The notes beneath the pieces are model-generated. The model saw only the letters and a list, made by a program, of their open reading frames with translations. It was not told the origin of the DNA and searched no databases. The translations under genes were made by a program, and so were the position numbers. This document shows, piece after piece, positions 22,180 to 30,265 of a DNA stretch of 42,440 nt (positions are counted from its first letter, which is position 1; the number at the start of each line of letters is the position of its first letter). The stretch is from Coriobacteriales bacterium (GTDB taxonomy: Bacteria > Actinomycetota > Coriobacteriia > Coriobacteriales > UBA8131): the NCBI GenBank assembly GCA_031267175.1, contig JAIRZP010000003.1:1-42440 (forward strand), in the 5' to 3' direction.

Positions 22180-24027
22180 TTACTCCTTTTTGTCGTTGAA
22201 GTGAAACAGCTCTGCGAGGTCCCCTTCGCTGAGCAGTTCGTATTGCCTGGGGGCAGGCCGCGCCTGGCTCGTGCGCTGCGTGTCCTTGGAAACCGGCTCG
22301 GATGACTCGGCGATGATGCTGACGGCTGCCCTGGGTGCCAGCCCGTGGCGGTAGGGAGGTTTGCCGCCGTCTGCTGTCAGCTTCAGGTGTGGGTGGGACA
22401 TGATGTCGTACTTCTTGTCTTGTATCGGACGCTCGCCGCGCACGAACAGGAGCGCGTACCGGTTGTCCAGCATCCGCACCTCGTCAGGTGTGAGCAGCTC
22501 GCGCCCTGTTATCTGCCAGTTGGTGGAATAGTTGCCGTGATGTCCGCTCGTGCGCCCGTAGGTGTTGGTGTCGATGGTGGACTTGCCGAGCAGTTCACTT
22601 ACCGTCTTATGGGTCGCCTGCTCGTTGCCGCCGAGGTAGAGCAGAGAGTCACAGTTGCCCATAATCGATTCGTACTGCTTCTCGAAAAGTGCTTTCAGCT
22701 GCGCGATGTTCTGCAAGATGATGGAGACCGAGATGTTGCGGCTTCTCATGACGCTGAGTATCTTCTCGAAGTCGTCGGGAAGCGCGACGTTGGCGAACTC
22801 ATCTAACACGAAGTGCACATGCACCGGCAGCGAGCCGTCGTACTTGCTATCGGCTAATGAGAACAGCTTCTGGAAGAGCTGGGTGTAAAGTATCGACACC
22901 AAAAAGTTGAAGCTCATGTCGTTGTCGGGTATAAGCGCGAAGAGCGCCACCTTCCGCTCGCCAAGACTGCCCAGGTCAAGCTCGTCTGTTGCCGTGAGCG
23001 CCGCCACGCTCGCCAAATTGAACTTTTCCAGTCTGGATGCCAACGTGACTTGGATGGACTTCAGGGTCTTGGCTGAGCCGCTCCGGTAGGCGTCGTAGTA
23101 CTTCAGCGCGATATGCTCGGGCTCGTCACGCCGAAGCTCGCCGAACAGTTCGTCCAAGATGGAACGGAACTCCTCGTCCTCTTCTTTGACCTCACCGGTT
23201 CTCAGCATCTCCATGACCATGGGGAAGTTCTGCTCGTCTTTTGGTGCCTCGTGAAGCAAGTAGAACATCAAAGCGAGCAGCAGCATGGAGGCTGCCGTGT
23301 CCCAGAAGGGGTCTTGCGTCGTCGAGCCTTTGGGGGTGGTGGCCTTGAAGAGGTTGGTGACCAGCCGCTGCACGTCGTTATCGGACTCAAGGTATCGGAA
23401 GGGATTGAAGCAGTGGCTCTTCTCCATGTTGATGAGGTCTAAGACGCGCACCTCGTAGCCCTCATGCTCCAGCAGGTGGCCGGTGTCGCGCAGTATCTCG
23501 CCTTTCGGGTCGAGCACAAGAATCGAGCTGTTGGCCTGCATAACGTTGGGCTTGGCGTACGAGCGCGTCTTGCCGGAGCCGGAGCCACCGACTACCATAA
23601 CGTTGAGGTTGCGCTTGTGGCGATGTCCGTCCAGCCCCATGCGAAAACCCTTGGTCAAGAGCTTGTTCTCACTATAGTGTCGGTTGCAGTAGCGGGCGGC
23701 TATCTGCCGTGTGTCTCCCCACTGGGCGCTTCCATGCTCCTCACGCCGTCGCCAGTTGCGGCGGGTCGAGAAGAATATGCCGATGCCCAATGCGTATGCC
23801 GCAAGCCCCAGGAGGGCAGCCTTGAGGCTACCCTCCACAACTGTCAGCCTCCACGGCTCGGCCATCGCCGCGCTCAAGGTCGCCAAAAGCTCCGTGCGCT
23901 CACCTGTAAGCACCGGGGCGAGCAGCAGCGCCAGCCACACGACCACTGGCGCACTGGCTACTGTCAGCACCCACTCCGTAGCCCTATCGCGCCTCATCGC
24001 GACCACGCCGCTTCTTGGACGGGGCAT
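22180..24027 (-). CDS. VirD4/TraG-type type IV coupling protein (615 aa)
   Basis: Two N-terminal TM helices, Walker A NVMVVGGSGSGKT and Walker B VHFVLDEFANV. Confidence 0.9.
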   Translation of the reverse strand: MPRPRSGVVAMRRDRATEWVLTVASAPVVVWLALLLAPVLTGERTELLATLSAAMAEPWRLTVVEGSLKAALLGLAAYALGIGIFFSTRRNWRRREEHGSAQWGDTRQIAARYCNRHYSENKLLTKGFRMGLDGHRHKRNLNVMVVGGSGSGKTRSYAKPNVMQANSSILVLDPKGEILRDTGHLLEHEGYEVRVLDLINMEKSHCFNPFRYLESDNDVQRLVTNLFKATTPKGSTTQDPFWDTAASMLLLALMFYLLHEAPKDEQNFPMVMEMLRTGEVKEEDEEFRSILDELFGELRRDEPEHIALKYYDAYRSGSAKTLKSIQVTLASRLEKFNLASVAALTATDELDLGSLGERKVALFALIPDNDMSFNFLVSILYTQLFQKLFSLADSKYDGSLPVHVHFVLDEFANVALPDDFEKILSVMRSRNISVSIILQNIAQLKALFEKQYESIMGNCDSLLYLGGNEQATHKTVSELLGKSTIDTNTYGRTSGHHGNYSTNWQITGRELLTPDEVRMLDNRYALLFVRGERPIQDKKYDIMSHPHLKLTADGGKPPYRHGLAPRAAVSIIAESSEPVSKDTQRTSQARPAPRQYELLSEGDLAELFHFNDKKE

Positions 24028-24214
24028 AGGCGACTTTGATGATCACCTCGTTTAAGGCGTCGGTGGTCTTGCCTTCTGCGATGCGCTGGTTGCGCTCGTC
24101 TGCAAGGGCGGCAAGCACCGCTCCGCGCTCACAGCGATCAAGCTCAACGACGACAGTTGCGTCATCGGGCATCTCTATCACCCCTGTTGCCCTGCCGTGC
24201 CTTAGATTCAGCAT
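23984..24214 (-). CDS. Small hypothetical protein (76 aa; alternative start ATG 24172 gives 62 aa)
   Basis: The ORF lies between the ArdC-like and coupling-protein genes. The start is ambiguous, and the 119-aa track version overlaps the upstream gene extensively. Confidence 0.3.
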   Translation of the reverse strand: MLNLRHGRATGVIEMPDDATVVVELDRCERGAVLAALADERNQRIAEGKTTDALNEVIIKVAYAPSKKRRGRDEAR

Positions 24215-25121
24215 CCTGGCCTCTTTCGACGTCCAAGGTCTTGTCCATGCGCTCAGAGATCGCCTTGGCAGCGTCGCGGATGCGGGAGAGCTCCTCGCGC
24301 ACGATGGGCGATACCTCTGTCTCGTCTCTTGTGCGCACGGCAAGTACGGGCATCAGGCCCGAGTTGTCAACACCGTAGCGCCCGGCGAGAACGTAGGCGG
24401 CAAGGCGCGCCGTCTCGCGGTCGGGACTGTCTGCGTAGTGCTCGTCATGCTCGGCGATGGCGGCCTGCGCAAGCTCCACGGCCAACGCCTTGAAGAGCTG
24501 CACTCCGTCAAGCCCCTTGGCAACGGAGATCGTCTTGCCCTCATGGCTGTAGTGGGCATAGCCCTGTGCCTCCGGAAGCCCATCTATGGTCTTGATATTG
24601 ACCGGGGATTTGTCGATCAGCGCGAAGAGCAGCTGGCGCATGTCGGGGTGGCGCGGCTCCAGGTGCCGAGATGAGGTCTGGCGCTCGTCGAACACCTTCC
24701 TCACGTTGTAACTCACGCCGATGGTGCCGTCGTCTCGGGTGTACTCGTCGCCCGGCTCCAGGATGCAGATGGCCTTCTCGCCCTGCCTCACGGACTCGCC
24801 GCGCCGCTTCCAGCTGTCGAAGTCGCCGACGCGGGTAGCCTCGGGAAGCTGCTCGAAGATGAGCAGCGTGTTTGCCACCGAGTAGCGCGGGAAGCGCGCC
24901 ATCACGTCCAGGTAGTCCTTGAAGGCCACCGGGTCTTCGCTGATGTGCTCGGTCACCTTGTCGATGCGGGCATATACCTCCTCGCGCTCGGCCTTCTTCT
25001 TGGCGGCGTACTCCTCCTTGCTGTAGGGGCGCTCTGCGCTGCCGGCCTCGGCGGCTGCGGTACCGCCACCTGCGGCCTTCTCCTGCTGCTGGTCGATTAC
25101 CGAATAGATGTCATCGTTCAT
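24162..25121 (-). CDS. ArdC-N-like (ssDNA-binding, antirestriction-type) domain protein (319 aa)
   Basis: RYSVANTLLIFEQLPEATRVGDFDSWKRRGESVRQGEKAICILEP resembles the ArdC N-terminal domain block (YS..N..LI..Q.P.AT.V..F..WK..GR.V.KGEKGI.I). Confidence 0.55.
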   Translation of the reverse strand: MNDDIYSVIDQQQEKAAGGGTAAAEAGSAERPYSKEEYAAKKKAEREEVYARIDKVTEHISEDPVAFKDYLDVMARFPRYSVANTLLIFEQLPEATRVGDFDSWKRRGESVRQGEKAICILEPGDEYTRDDGTIGVSYNVRKVFDERQTSSRHLEPRHPDMRQLLFALIDKSPVNIKTIDGLPEAQGYAHYSHEGKTISVAKGLDGVQLFKALAVELAQAAIAEHDEHYADSPDRETARLAAYVLAGRYGVDNSGLMPVLAVRTRDETEVSPIVREELSRIRDAAKAISERMDKTLDVERGQDAESKARQGNRGDRDAR

Positions 25122-25126
25122 GGTGC

Positions 25127-25999
25127 TTACCTGCCTTTCTCTGTCTTTGATTTGTAACCCCGCCGCCGCGTCGGCTTCGGGGTCTGGTGCCTGGTCTGTG
25201 CGGCCCTTGTCGGCTGGCCTGTGTCCTGGCGGCGCTCGGCGCGCTCATGGCGCTTGTCCTCGATCCTTCGACGCACGCTTTGCCGCTCACGCCCGTCCTC
25301 GCCGATGATGCCCATGTCGCGCCACAGCCCGTGGCGCTTGTTCGCCCTCTCCTGCTGATGCGCCTGGCGCTCAGATGACGCCTCTTTTTGCCGGTTCCCG
25401 CCTGCTCTTGATGAAGGCTCGGACGGAGACGGGACGCCCGCCCTTGCCTCGGTAGGGTTTTTGGGCGGTGCGCCCTCCTGGGACTGCTCTTGGCCGAGCA
25501 GCTCGTCGAGCAGTGTGTTGGCATCGCCTTGGGCAACGCTGCGCTCGGTTGCTGCTTTGCCATCGCCATCTTTGGCAGCAGTGTCAAGCTCCCGCTGCGC
25601 CTCCACCACCACCTGCGTCTCGTCGAAGCGCCCGAACTCCAGCTTCTCGACGATGCGGTTGATCTTGGCGGCGTCCTCGGCCTTGACCATCACGTCCACA
25701 TGGCCGTCGGGGCTCTCGCCGATACCTTTGATGACGGCGTACAGCACCCCGTACCTCCTGGCCTCCTTTGCGAAGTCCTTCAGCTCGGCTTGCGCGATGC
25801 CGAAGACCTTCAGCTCCTTACCGCTTTTGAGAAGCGACACCAGCCGCGCCTTGCCCTTGGTCTTTTGCTGCGTGGTGGCCACCGACCAGACGGCGCTGGC
25901 GAGGTTTTTTGCCCCTGCACCGCTGAACCTGAGTGCATACTCAACGCCCATGAGCGTGATGCGCATCGTCTGGTCTATGGCCTGCTCTGTCGCGTCCAT
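25127..25999 (-). CDS. PcfB/DUF3801-like relaxosome accessory protein (290 aa)
   Basis: The N-terminal block KGKARLVSLLKSGKELKVFGIAQAELKDFAKEARRYGVLYAVIK...DVMVKAEDAAKINRIVEKL fits the PcfB family, followed by a low-complexity basic tail. It sits directly downstream of the relaxase. Confidence 0.65.
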   Translation of the reverse strand: MDATEQAIDQTMRITLMGVEYALRFSGAGAKNLASAVWSVATTQQKTKGKARLVSLLKSGKELKVFGIAQAELKDFAKEARRYGVLYAVIKGIGESPDGHVDVMVKAEDAAKINRIVEKLEFGRFDETQVVVEAQRELDTAAKDGDGKAATERSVAQGDANTLLDELLGQEQSQEGAPPKNPTEARAGVPSPSEPSSRAGGNRQKEASSERQAHQQERANKRHGLWRDMGIIGEDGRERQSVRRRIEDKRHERAERRQDTGQPTRAAQTRHQTPKPTRRRGYKSKTEKGR

Positions 26000-27380
26000 C
26001 CTTCTGTTCCTCCTTTCGGTCGTTTCCCGGTTGCAGCCGCAGTTGCTCGTCTAGCTCGATGCGGTCTATCCGCTGCCCTAACGTGCGTTGCCGCTCCTCA
26101 ATGCGTGTGCATTGCGCCACCTCCTTCCTGAGCCTTTTGAGCCGTTGGTTTATCTGCTGGTATTCGGGGTTGTCCTTGGTGGTATAGCGGTTGCTGCCGT
26201 CTGCGGCGGCGCGTATCTCGGCCTTGAGTTCTTTGCGCTCATCTGTGAGCGTGACCATCTCGCCCTCGCACCTGCTCCTGAACCCGTTGAGCTGGGCGAG
26301 GCTGTGGATGTCCTCGCGCCCGAGCAGCCGGGTGTCGTCGATAAAATCGTCCAGCTTACGTATCTCCTCGCGCAAGAGCCAGTGTATCCTTGCGTTGGAG
26401 CCGCCCTCGCCGCACAGCTGGTAGTAGCCGAGCAGGTAGAGGTAGTGGCGGTGCAGCGCCACGATGGAGCCACGGGCGAAGGCTGGCAGCTTCTTCGGCG
26501 GTTTGAAGCCAGAGCTGCGGCGCTTTGGCATCGGGAGTATCTGGTGGCGGTGGCTGTATGCACGTATCTGGGCGCGGATGCCCTCGATGGAATAGCCGTC
26601 GCCAAAGTTGCGCTCAAGTCGGAAGAACCTCTCCTTGCCAGGCGGCCTGACCGAGATGTCCTTTCCCACCTTGTACTCATATCCCAACGCCGTGAGGTTC
26701 TCGAAGAACTGCCGCTCGTTTCGGGCACGGGCGATGCACTCGTCGATGTCATCTCTGATGACCGAGCGCCAAGTGGGTTTGTGGTCACGTTCGGCCTGCC
26801 ACTCGGCGTGGTGCTTGGACTTGCCGGGTTTGGGGTTGTCGATGACGGACAGGCGATACTCACGGCAGAGCGCATCTGAGGTCTCGCGCAACTGTCGGTA
26901 CTGCTCGGCCTTGCGGTACCAGCGCGACCCGTCAACGAACGATACTGAGTTGAGGACCATGTGATTGTGCAGATGGCCTCGGTCAAGATGCGTCGCCACG
27001 ACAACCTGGAAACGGTCGCCCCACATGCGCCTGGCAAGCTCCACGCCGATCTCATGGGCGACCTCGGGTGTCGTCTCTCCCGGCTTGAATGATTGGTAGC
27101 CGTGCCAGGCTACGATGCCGCCCTCGTTGGAGAACCCGCGCTTGACTGCGTTCATGTCGGCGCAAGCGCTCTTTGGGTCGCAGTTGACGCCAGTGACGAA
27201 CAGCCGCTGCTCGGTCTTGGATGGGTCAGCGGCATAGGCCGTCACTGTGTCCAGTGCCCGGTCGCCGTCTGGGCCGGTGCCCCCGAAGTCCGGGTTGGCG
27301 GTCTTGTCAGCGTTGGCGACGTAATCGACGACCCTCTTCAGGTCGCCCTTGACGTGCCAGATGGATGTGGTGGCCATCAC
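25941..27380 (-). CDS. MOB relaxase (MobA/VirD2 relaxase-domain family), 479 aa
   Basis: HLDRGHLHNHMVLNSV is the histidine-triad HxDxxxxHxH motif. The N-terminal relaxase domain begins at WHVKGDLKRVVDYV. The gene start overlaps the upstream mobC stop (translationally coupled). Confidence 0.9.
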   Translation of the reverse strand: MMATTSIWHVKGDLKRVVDYVANADKTANPDFGGTGPDGDRALDTVTAYAADPSKTEQRLFVTGVNCDPKSACADMNAVKRGFSNEGGIVAWHGYQSFKPGETTPEVAHEIGVELARRMWGDRFQVVVATHLDRGHLHNHMVLNSVSFVDGSRWYRKAEQYRQLRETSDALCREYRLSVIDNPKPGKSKHHAEWQAERDHKPTWRSVIRDDIDECIARARNERQFFENLTALGYEYKVGKDISVRPPGKERFFRLERNFGDGYSIEGIRAQIRAYSHRHQILPMPKRRSSGFKPPKKLPAFARGSIVALHRHYLYLLGYYQLCGEGGSNARIHWLLREEIRKLDDFIDDTRLLGREDIHSLAQLNGFRSRCEGEMVTLTDERKELKAEIRAAADGSNRYTTKDNPEYQQINQRLKRLRKEVAQCTRIEERQRTLGQRIDRIELDEQLRLQPGNDRKEEQKDGRDRAGHRPDDAHHAHGR

Positions 27381-27715
27381 TCCAGCCTCCGATGTTCGTA
27401 GACCGCCTCGGTTATCCTGGTGGCGACGCGCCGAAGCTCGGTGGCGTTGCGCTCGTAGCGGGCGGCGTCGATGTCGCCGATTGAGTGGGCGCGGGCAGCG
27501 ATCTGGTTTAAGTTGTTGCCGATGGAGTGCAGCTCGCGCATCATCAGGTGGTAGTCCGGCGGCGGCTTGTCGATGGGGATCAGGCTGTTGATGAGGGCGC
27601 GGATGTAGGCTGCCCGCGACAGCCCGCTCTTCTTGACTGCGGCGTCCAGCCTGGCGGCATCCGACTTTGACAGACGCAGGTGGTAGCGAACGAAACGCTC
27701 AGGCATAAGCCTCAC
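27377..27715 (-). CDS. mobC: MobC-family relaxosome accessory protein (112 aa)
   Basis: LRLSKSDAARLDAAVKKSGLSRAAYIRALI is RHH-like, and ELHSIGNNLNQIAARAH is the typical MobC/BmgA signature. Confidence 0.8.
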   Translation of the reverse strand: MRLMPERFVRYHLRLSKSDAARLDAAVKKSGLSRAAYIRALINSLIPIDKPPPDYHLMMRELHSIGNNLNQIAARAHSIGDIDAARYERNATELRRVATRITEAVYEHRRLE

Positions 27716-27963
27716 GCTCCTTCCAATATTCGGTTAAAAACCGGAGGGTTTCAGGGGCAGGATGCCCCTGACAAGGAGCCACTCGGGAGGGTGGCGGTCT
27801 GACCGGATGGCACATCCGGTCGATGCTTGCTGTACTTGAGAAACTTGTCCCCAGGCTTCGCCTGCGGACGAAAGGCACTGTCCCGAAGAAGAAGTTCGAC
27901 CTTCAAACGCTTATACTATTGGGTACTTCGTTGTGCCCGAAGTCAGTATCGAGAGGATCGCCG
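27716..27963. promoter_or_regulatory. Candidate oriT / divergent promoter region upstream of mobC
   Basis: Two perfect 8-bp inverted repeats with 5-nt loops: TCAGGGGC-aggat-GCCCCTGA (27751-27771) and GACCGGAT-ggcac-ATCCGGTC (27801-27821). There is also a 5-bp stem, CGGTT-aaa-AACCG (27731-27743). The position next to mobC and the relaxase is the classical oriT location. Confidence 0.35.
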
Positions 27964-28590
27964 ATGTCAATCTGCATAGACGTTATACCCTCAATTGAAC
28001 GGATTCCTACAACTGGCGAGTTGGCTGCTGAAACGGAGAGCATACTTGAGGGTTTGGCTGGGAATCCTCTAGTCGAGGAAATCTGGAAGCGGGACGGCGT
28101 ATCGCCGAAAGGTGTTCTTGTTGAGCTGCTCGAAGAGATGCCCGATGAAGCCGAGGGGTCAAAGCGATGCAGCGACCCATTGCTGTTACTGTCGATGGAC
28201 GGTTACAGCTATGGCTGGCTTTCAGCCGACAACTACAAGATAGGCTTCGACTTCTACTTCGACTCTGTAGAGAGAGACGGCGATGCTGACTTTTTCAGGG
28301 AGTTCATTGGCGACGATATGGCGAGCCTTGCAAGGGAGCGGGGCAAGCTTCACGATTTTCCATTCAAGCAGGCTTCCTGTCTGGGCTACAGATGGTATAT
28401 GCGCGGGCGGGTTGGCCGCCCGCGATCCACTTGGCTGTTGGCGGGCGTGGCGGCAACTGCGCTCGCACATCTGACCGCCGGGATTCTCTTCTCAGATGAC
28501 GGTGGTGCCGATTACGAGAGAATGCCCGAAGCTCCTGATGCCTTCCTCGAATGGTTCCCAAGCTGGTGTATGGATGAATGGGACTGCTGA
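27964..28590 (+). CDS. Hypothetical protein (208 aa), a lone plus-strand gene in the backbone
   Basis: AGGA sits 7 nt upstream of ATG 27964. The 255-aa track version lacks an SD. No domain recognised. Confidence 0.5.
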   Translation: MSICIDVIPSIERIPTTGELAAETESILEGLAGNPLVEEIWKRDGVSPKGVLVELLEEMPDEAEGSKRCSDPLLLLSMDGYSYGWLSADNYKIGFDFYFDSVERDGDADFFREFIGDDMASLARERGKLHDFPFKQASCLGYRWYMRGRVGRPRSTWLLAGVAATALAHLTAGILFSDDGGADYERMPEAPDAFLEWFPSWCMDEWDC

Positions 28591-28605
28591 GACTGGTACT
28601 GCCAA

Positions 28606-29190
28606 TCATCTCTCTATGCCACGCCTTCTCTCCTGCAGCAGCACCTTGAAGTCAACGCCTTTGAAGTCATCGGCACCCAGGACGTGGGTCTCGTATTTCC
28701 AGCCGTCAGCAACCTTCTCCTTGGCCTCGTCACGATTTGCTGCCCTGACCTGAACGGTGCGCTCAAGCCTCTCGGTTATCCTCACGCTGTAGAGATTCTC
28801 CTTCGGGGCCTGCTCGGGGGCGGCAGTCGCCAGGTTGCCGAACAGCCTGACCTCAGCCGCTTTATCGTTGTCGTAGACAACGGCTTCGAAGTCTGCGTAG
28901 TCGGTGTCTCTGTAGCTGTACTCGCGAAAAGGCAGGGTGTCGCCGATGACGTGTTCCAGCTCGGTGGCCTTTGAGTAGTCCCAGTAGATGCCACCGTCAT
29001 GCTCGTCCCAGCGTCCGTCTGCGCCCTTCAGGTAGCTTGCAAAGTACCAACCGAAGCCATTGGGTGAGTACTCATCCTCACAGACGTGGACGCCAAAAAG
29101 CGCTGGAACCTCGCCGCCTTCGGTCTTGCCCTTGACCAGCCACGCGGCTTCGCTCTGCTGACACGTTTTGTAGTCGTACATGCTGCTCAC
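28606..29190 (-). CDS. Hypothetical protein with a DpnD/PcfM-like C-terminal domain (194 aa)
   Basis: The C-terminus YSVRITERLERTVQVRAANRDEAKEKVADGWKYETHVLGADDFKGVDFKVL fits the small DpnD/PcfM alpha-beta module as I recall it. Confidence 0.4.
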   Translation of the reverse strand: MSSMYDYKTCQQSEAAWLVKGKTEGGEVPALFGVHVCEDEYSPNGFGWYFASYLKGADGRWDEHDGGIYWDYSKATELEHVIGDTLPFREYSYRDTDYADFEAVVYDNDKAAEVRLFGNLATAAPEQAPKENLYSVRITERLERTVQVRAANRDEAKEKVADGWKYETHVLGADDFKGVDFKVLLQERRRGIER

Positions 29191-30221
29191 CTCTCCTTCG
29201 ACTGACTGCTCTTGGCTTTCCTCGCAGATCGCTCGGTGGTCAGCAGCCGCTCTTCTTGTAGCGACACCTGCTCGGGCGGGCAGGGCTTCATCTGCGTCAT
29301 CAAGTACTCGGCCACATCCTTGCCCACAGGTGGTGGGGCTATCGAGATGTCGAAGCCTCTCAAGTGCAAGGCAGAGGCGATCATGTCAGCAGCGTTGATG
29401 CCTGGCCCGTCGTTGTCCAGGTGCAGGTGGATTCTTTTGGTGTGCGGGTTGTCGGATAGGTACTGCGTCAGCGCCTGCGGGATGCGGGTGCGTTCGTTTG
29501 AGTTGGCTACTGCTGGCACCCCGCCCAGGCTGAGCAGGTTGAGATTTCTCCACTCGCGGTCGTCGAGCAGAGTTAGCGTGGCGAACGCCAGCGCGTCAAT
29601 GGCACCCTCGAAGACGTGGACAGATCTGGCATTGATCTGGGATGCCAGTCGGAACGCGAAACGCTTGTCCGAGCCGGCGGCCTCGCCCTTGAAGTTGCAG
29701 CCGATTCCGCGCAGGGCGGCGTATCTCGGCATTCCCGTCTTATCGCGACCGGCGAAGACTACGCAGGGCCTGCCCTTGCGCTGGGCCTGGTAGACCAGAC
29801 CGTTGCCCATGACGTTCTTGATGATGTGCGGGTCTATTCTGCGCAGCTCCAGGTAGGCGATGGCATCGGCGTTGGTCTTGGCCGGTGCGGGCAGGATGAA
29901 CTTTTTTGCTGCCAGTGCCGGTTGTGTGGTCTTGCCAACGCTGTGGATTGGTGGTGCGATCTCATTGGCACCCAGCGTTATCACGGCGTCAAGGAAGGTC
30001 ATGCCTTTGACTTTTACGAGGTAATCAATTGCGTTTTTTCCACCAAAACCCTGGCTCCACCAGTAGAAACGTCCGTTCGACAGTTTGAGGGAGTCATGGG
30101 TCTTGGTGCAGTAGCTGTCCGGCCCGAGCCTGACCAGCTCGTCCGGCTCGCACTGTTGAAGATAGGTGAGCAGGTCGATCTGCTTGACCCGCTCCACCTC
30201 CTTCGGGTCGATATAGGGCAT
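29187..30221 (-). CDS. DUF3991 plus Toprim domain protein (primase/topoisomerase-like), 344 aa
   Basis: The N-terminus IDLLTYLQQCEPDELVRLGPDSYCTKTHDSLKLSNGRFYWWSQGFGGKNAIDYL is followed by Toprim motifs VHVFEGAIDALAF and HLHLDNDGPG. Confidence 0.75.
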   Translation of the reverse strand: MPYIDPKEVERVKQIDLLTYLQQCEPDELVRLGPDSYCTKTHDSLKLSNGRFYWWSQGFGGKNAIDYLVKVKGMTFLDAVITLGANEIAPPIHSVGKTTQPALAAKKFILPAPAKTNADAIAYLELRRIDPHIIKNVMGNGLVYQAQRKGRPCVVFAGRDKTGMPRYAALRGIGCNFKGEAAGSDKRFAFRLASQINARSVHVFEGAIDALAFATLTLLDDREWRNLNLLSLGGVPAVANSNERTRIPQALTQYLSDNPHTKRIHLHLDNDGPGINAADMIASALHLRGFDISIAPPPVGKDVAEYLMTQMKPCPPEQVSLQEERLLTTERSARKAKSSQSKER

Positions 30222-30265
30222 GATATGCCTCCTGTTCTTTGGTTGTGATTGGTTGAGGGGTGGGC

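Noticed and set aside
26150-27055. A 301-aa same-strand alternative-frame ORF lies inside the relaxase gene. Similar alternative-frame ORFs occur at 25111-25587, 33457-33999 and 30094-30564.
   Set aside because: Their composition is Arg/Ser/Thr/Pro-rich, with no SD and no family resemblance. This contrasts with the TnpV-like nested ORF, which has all three.
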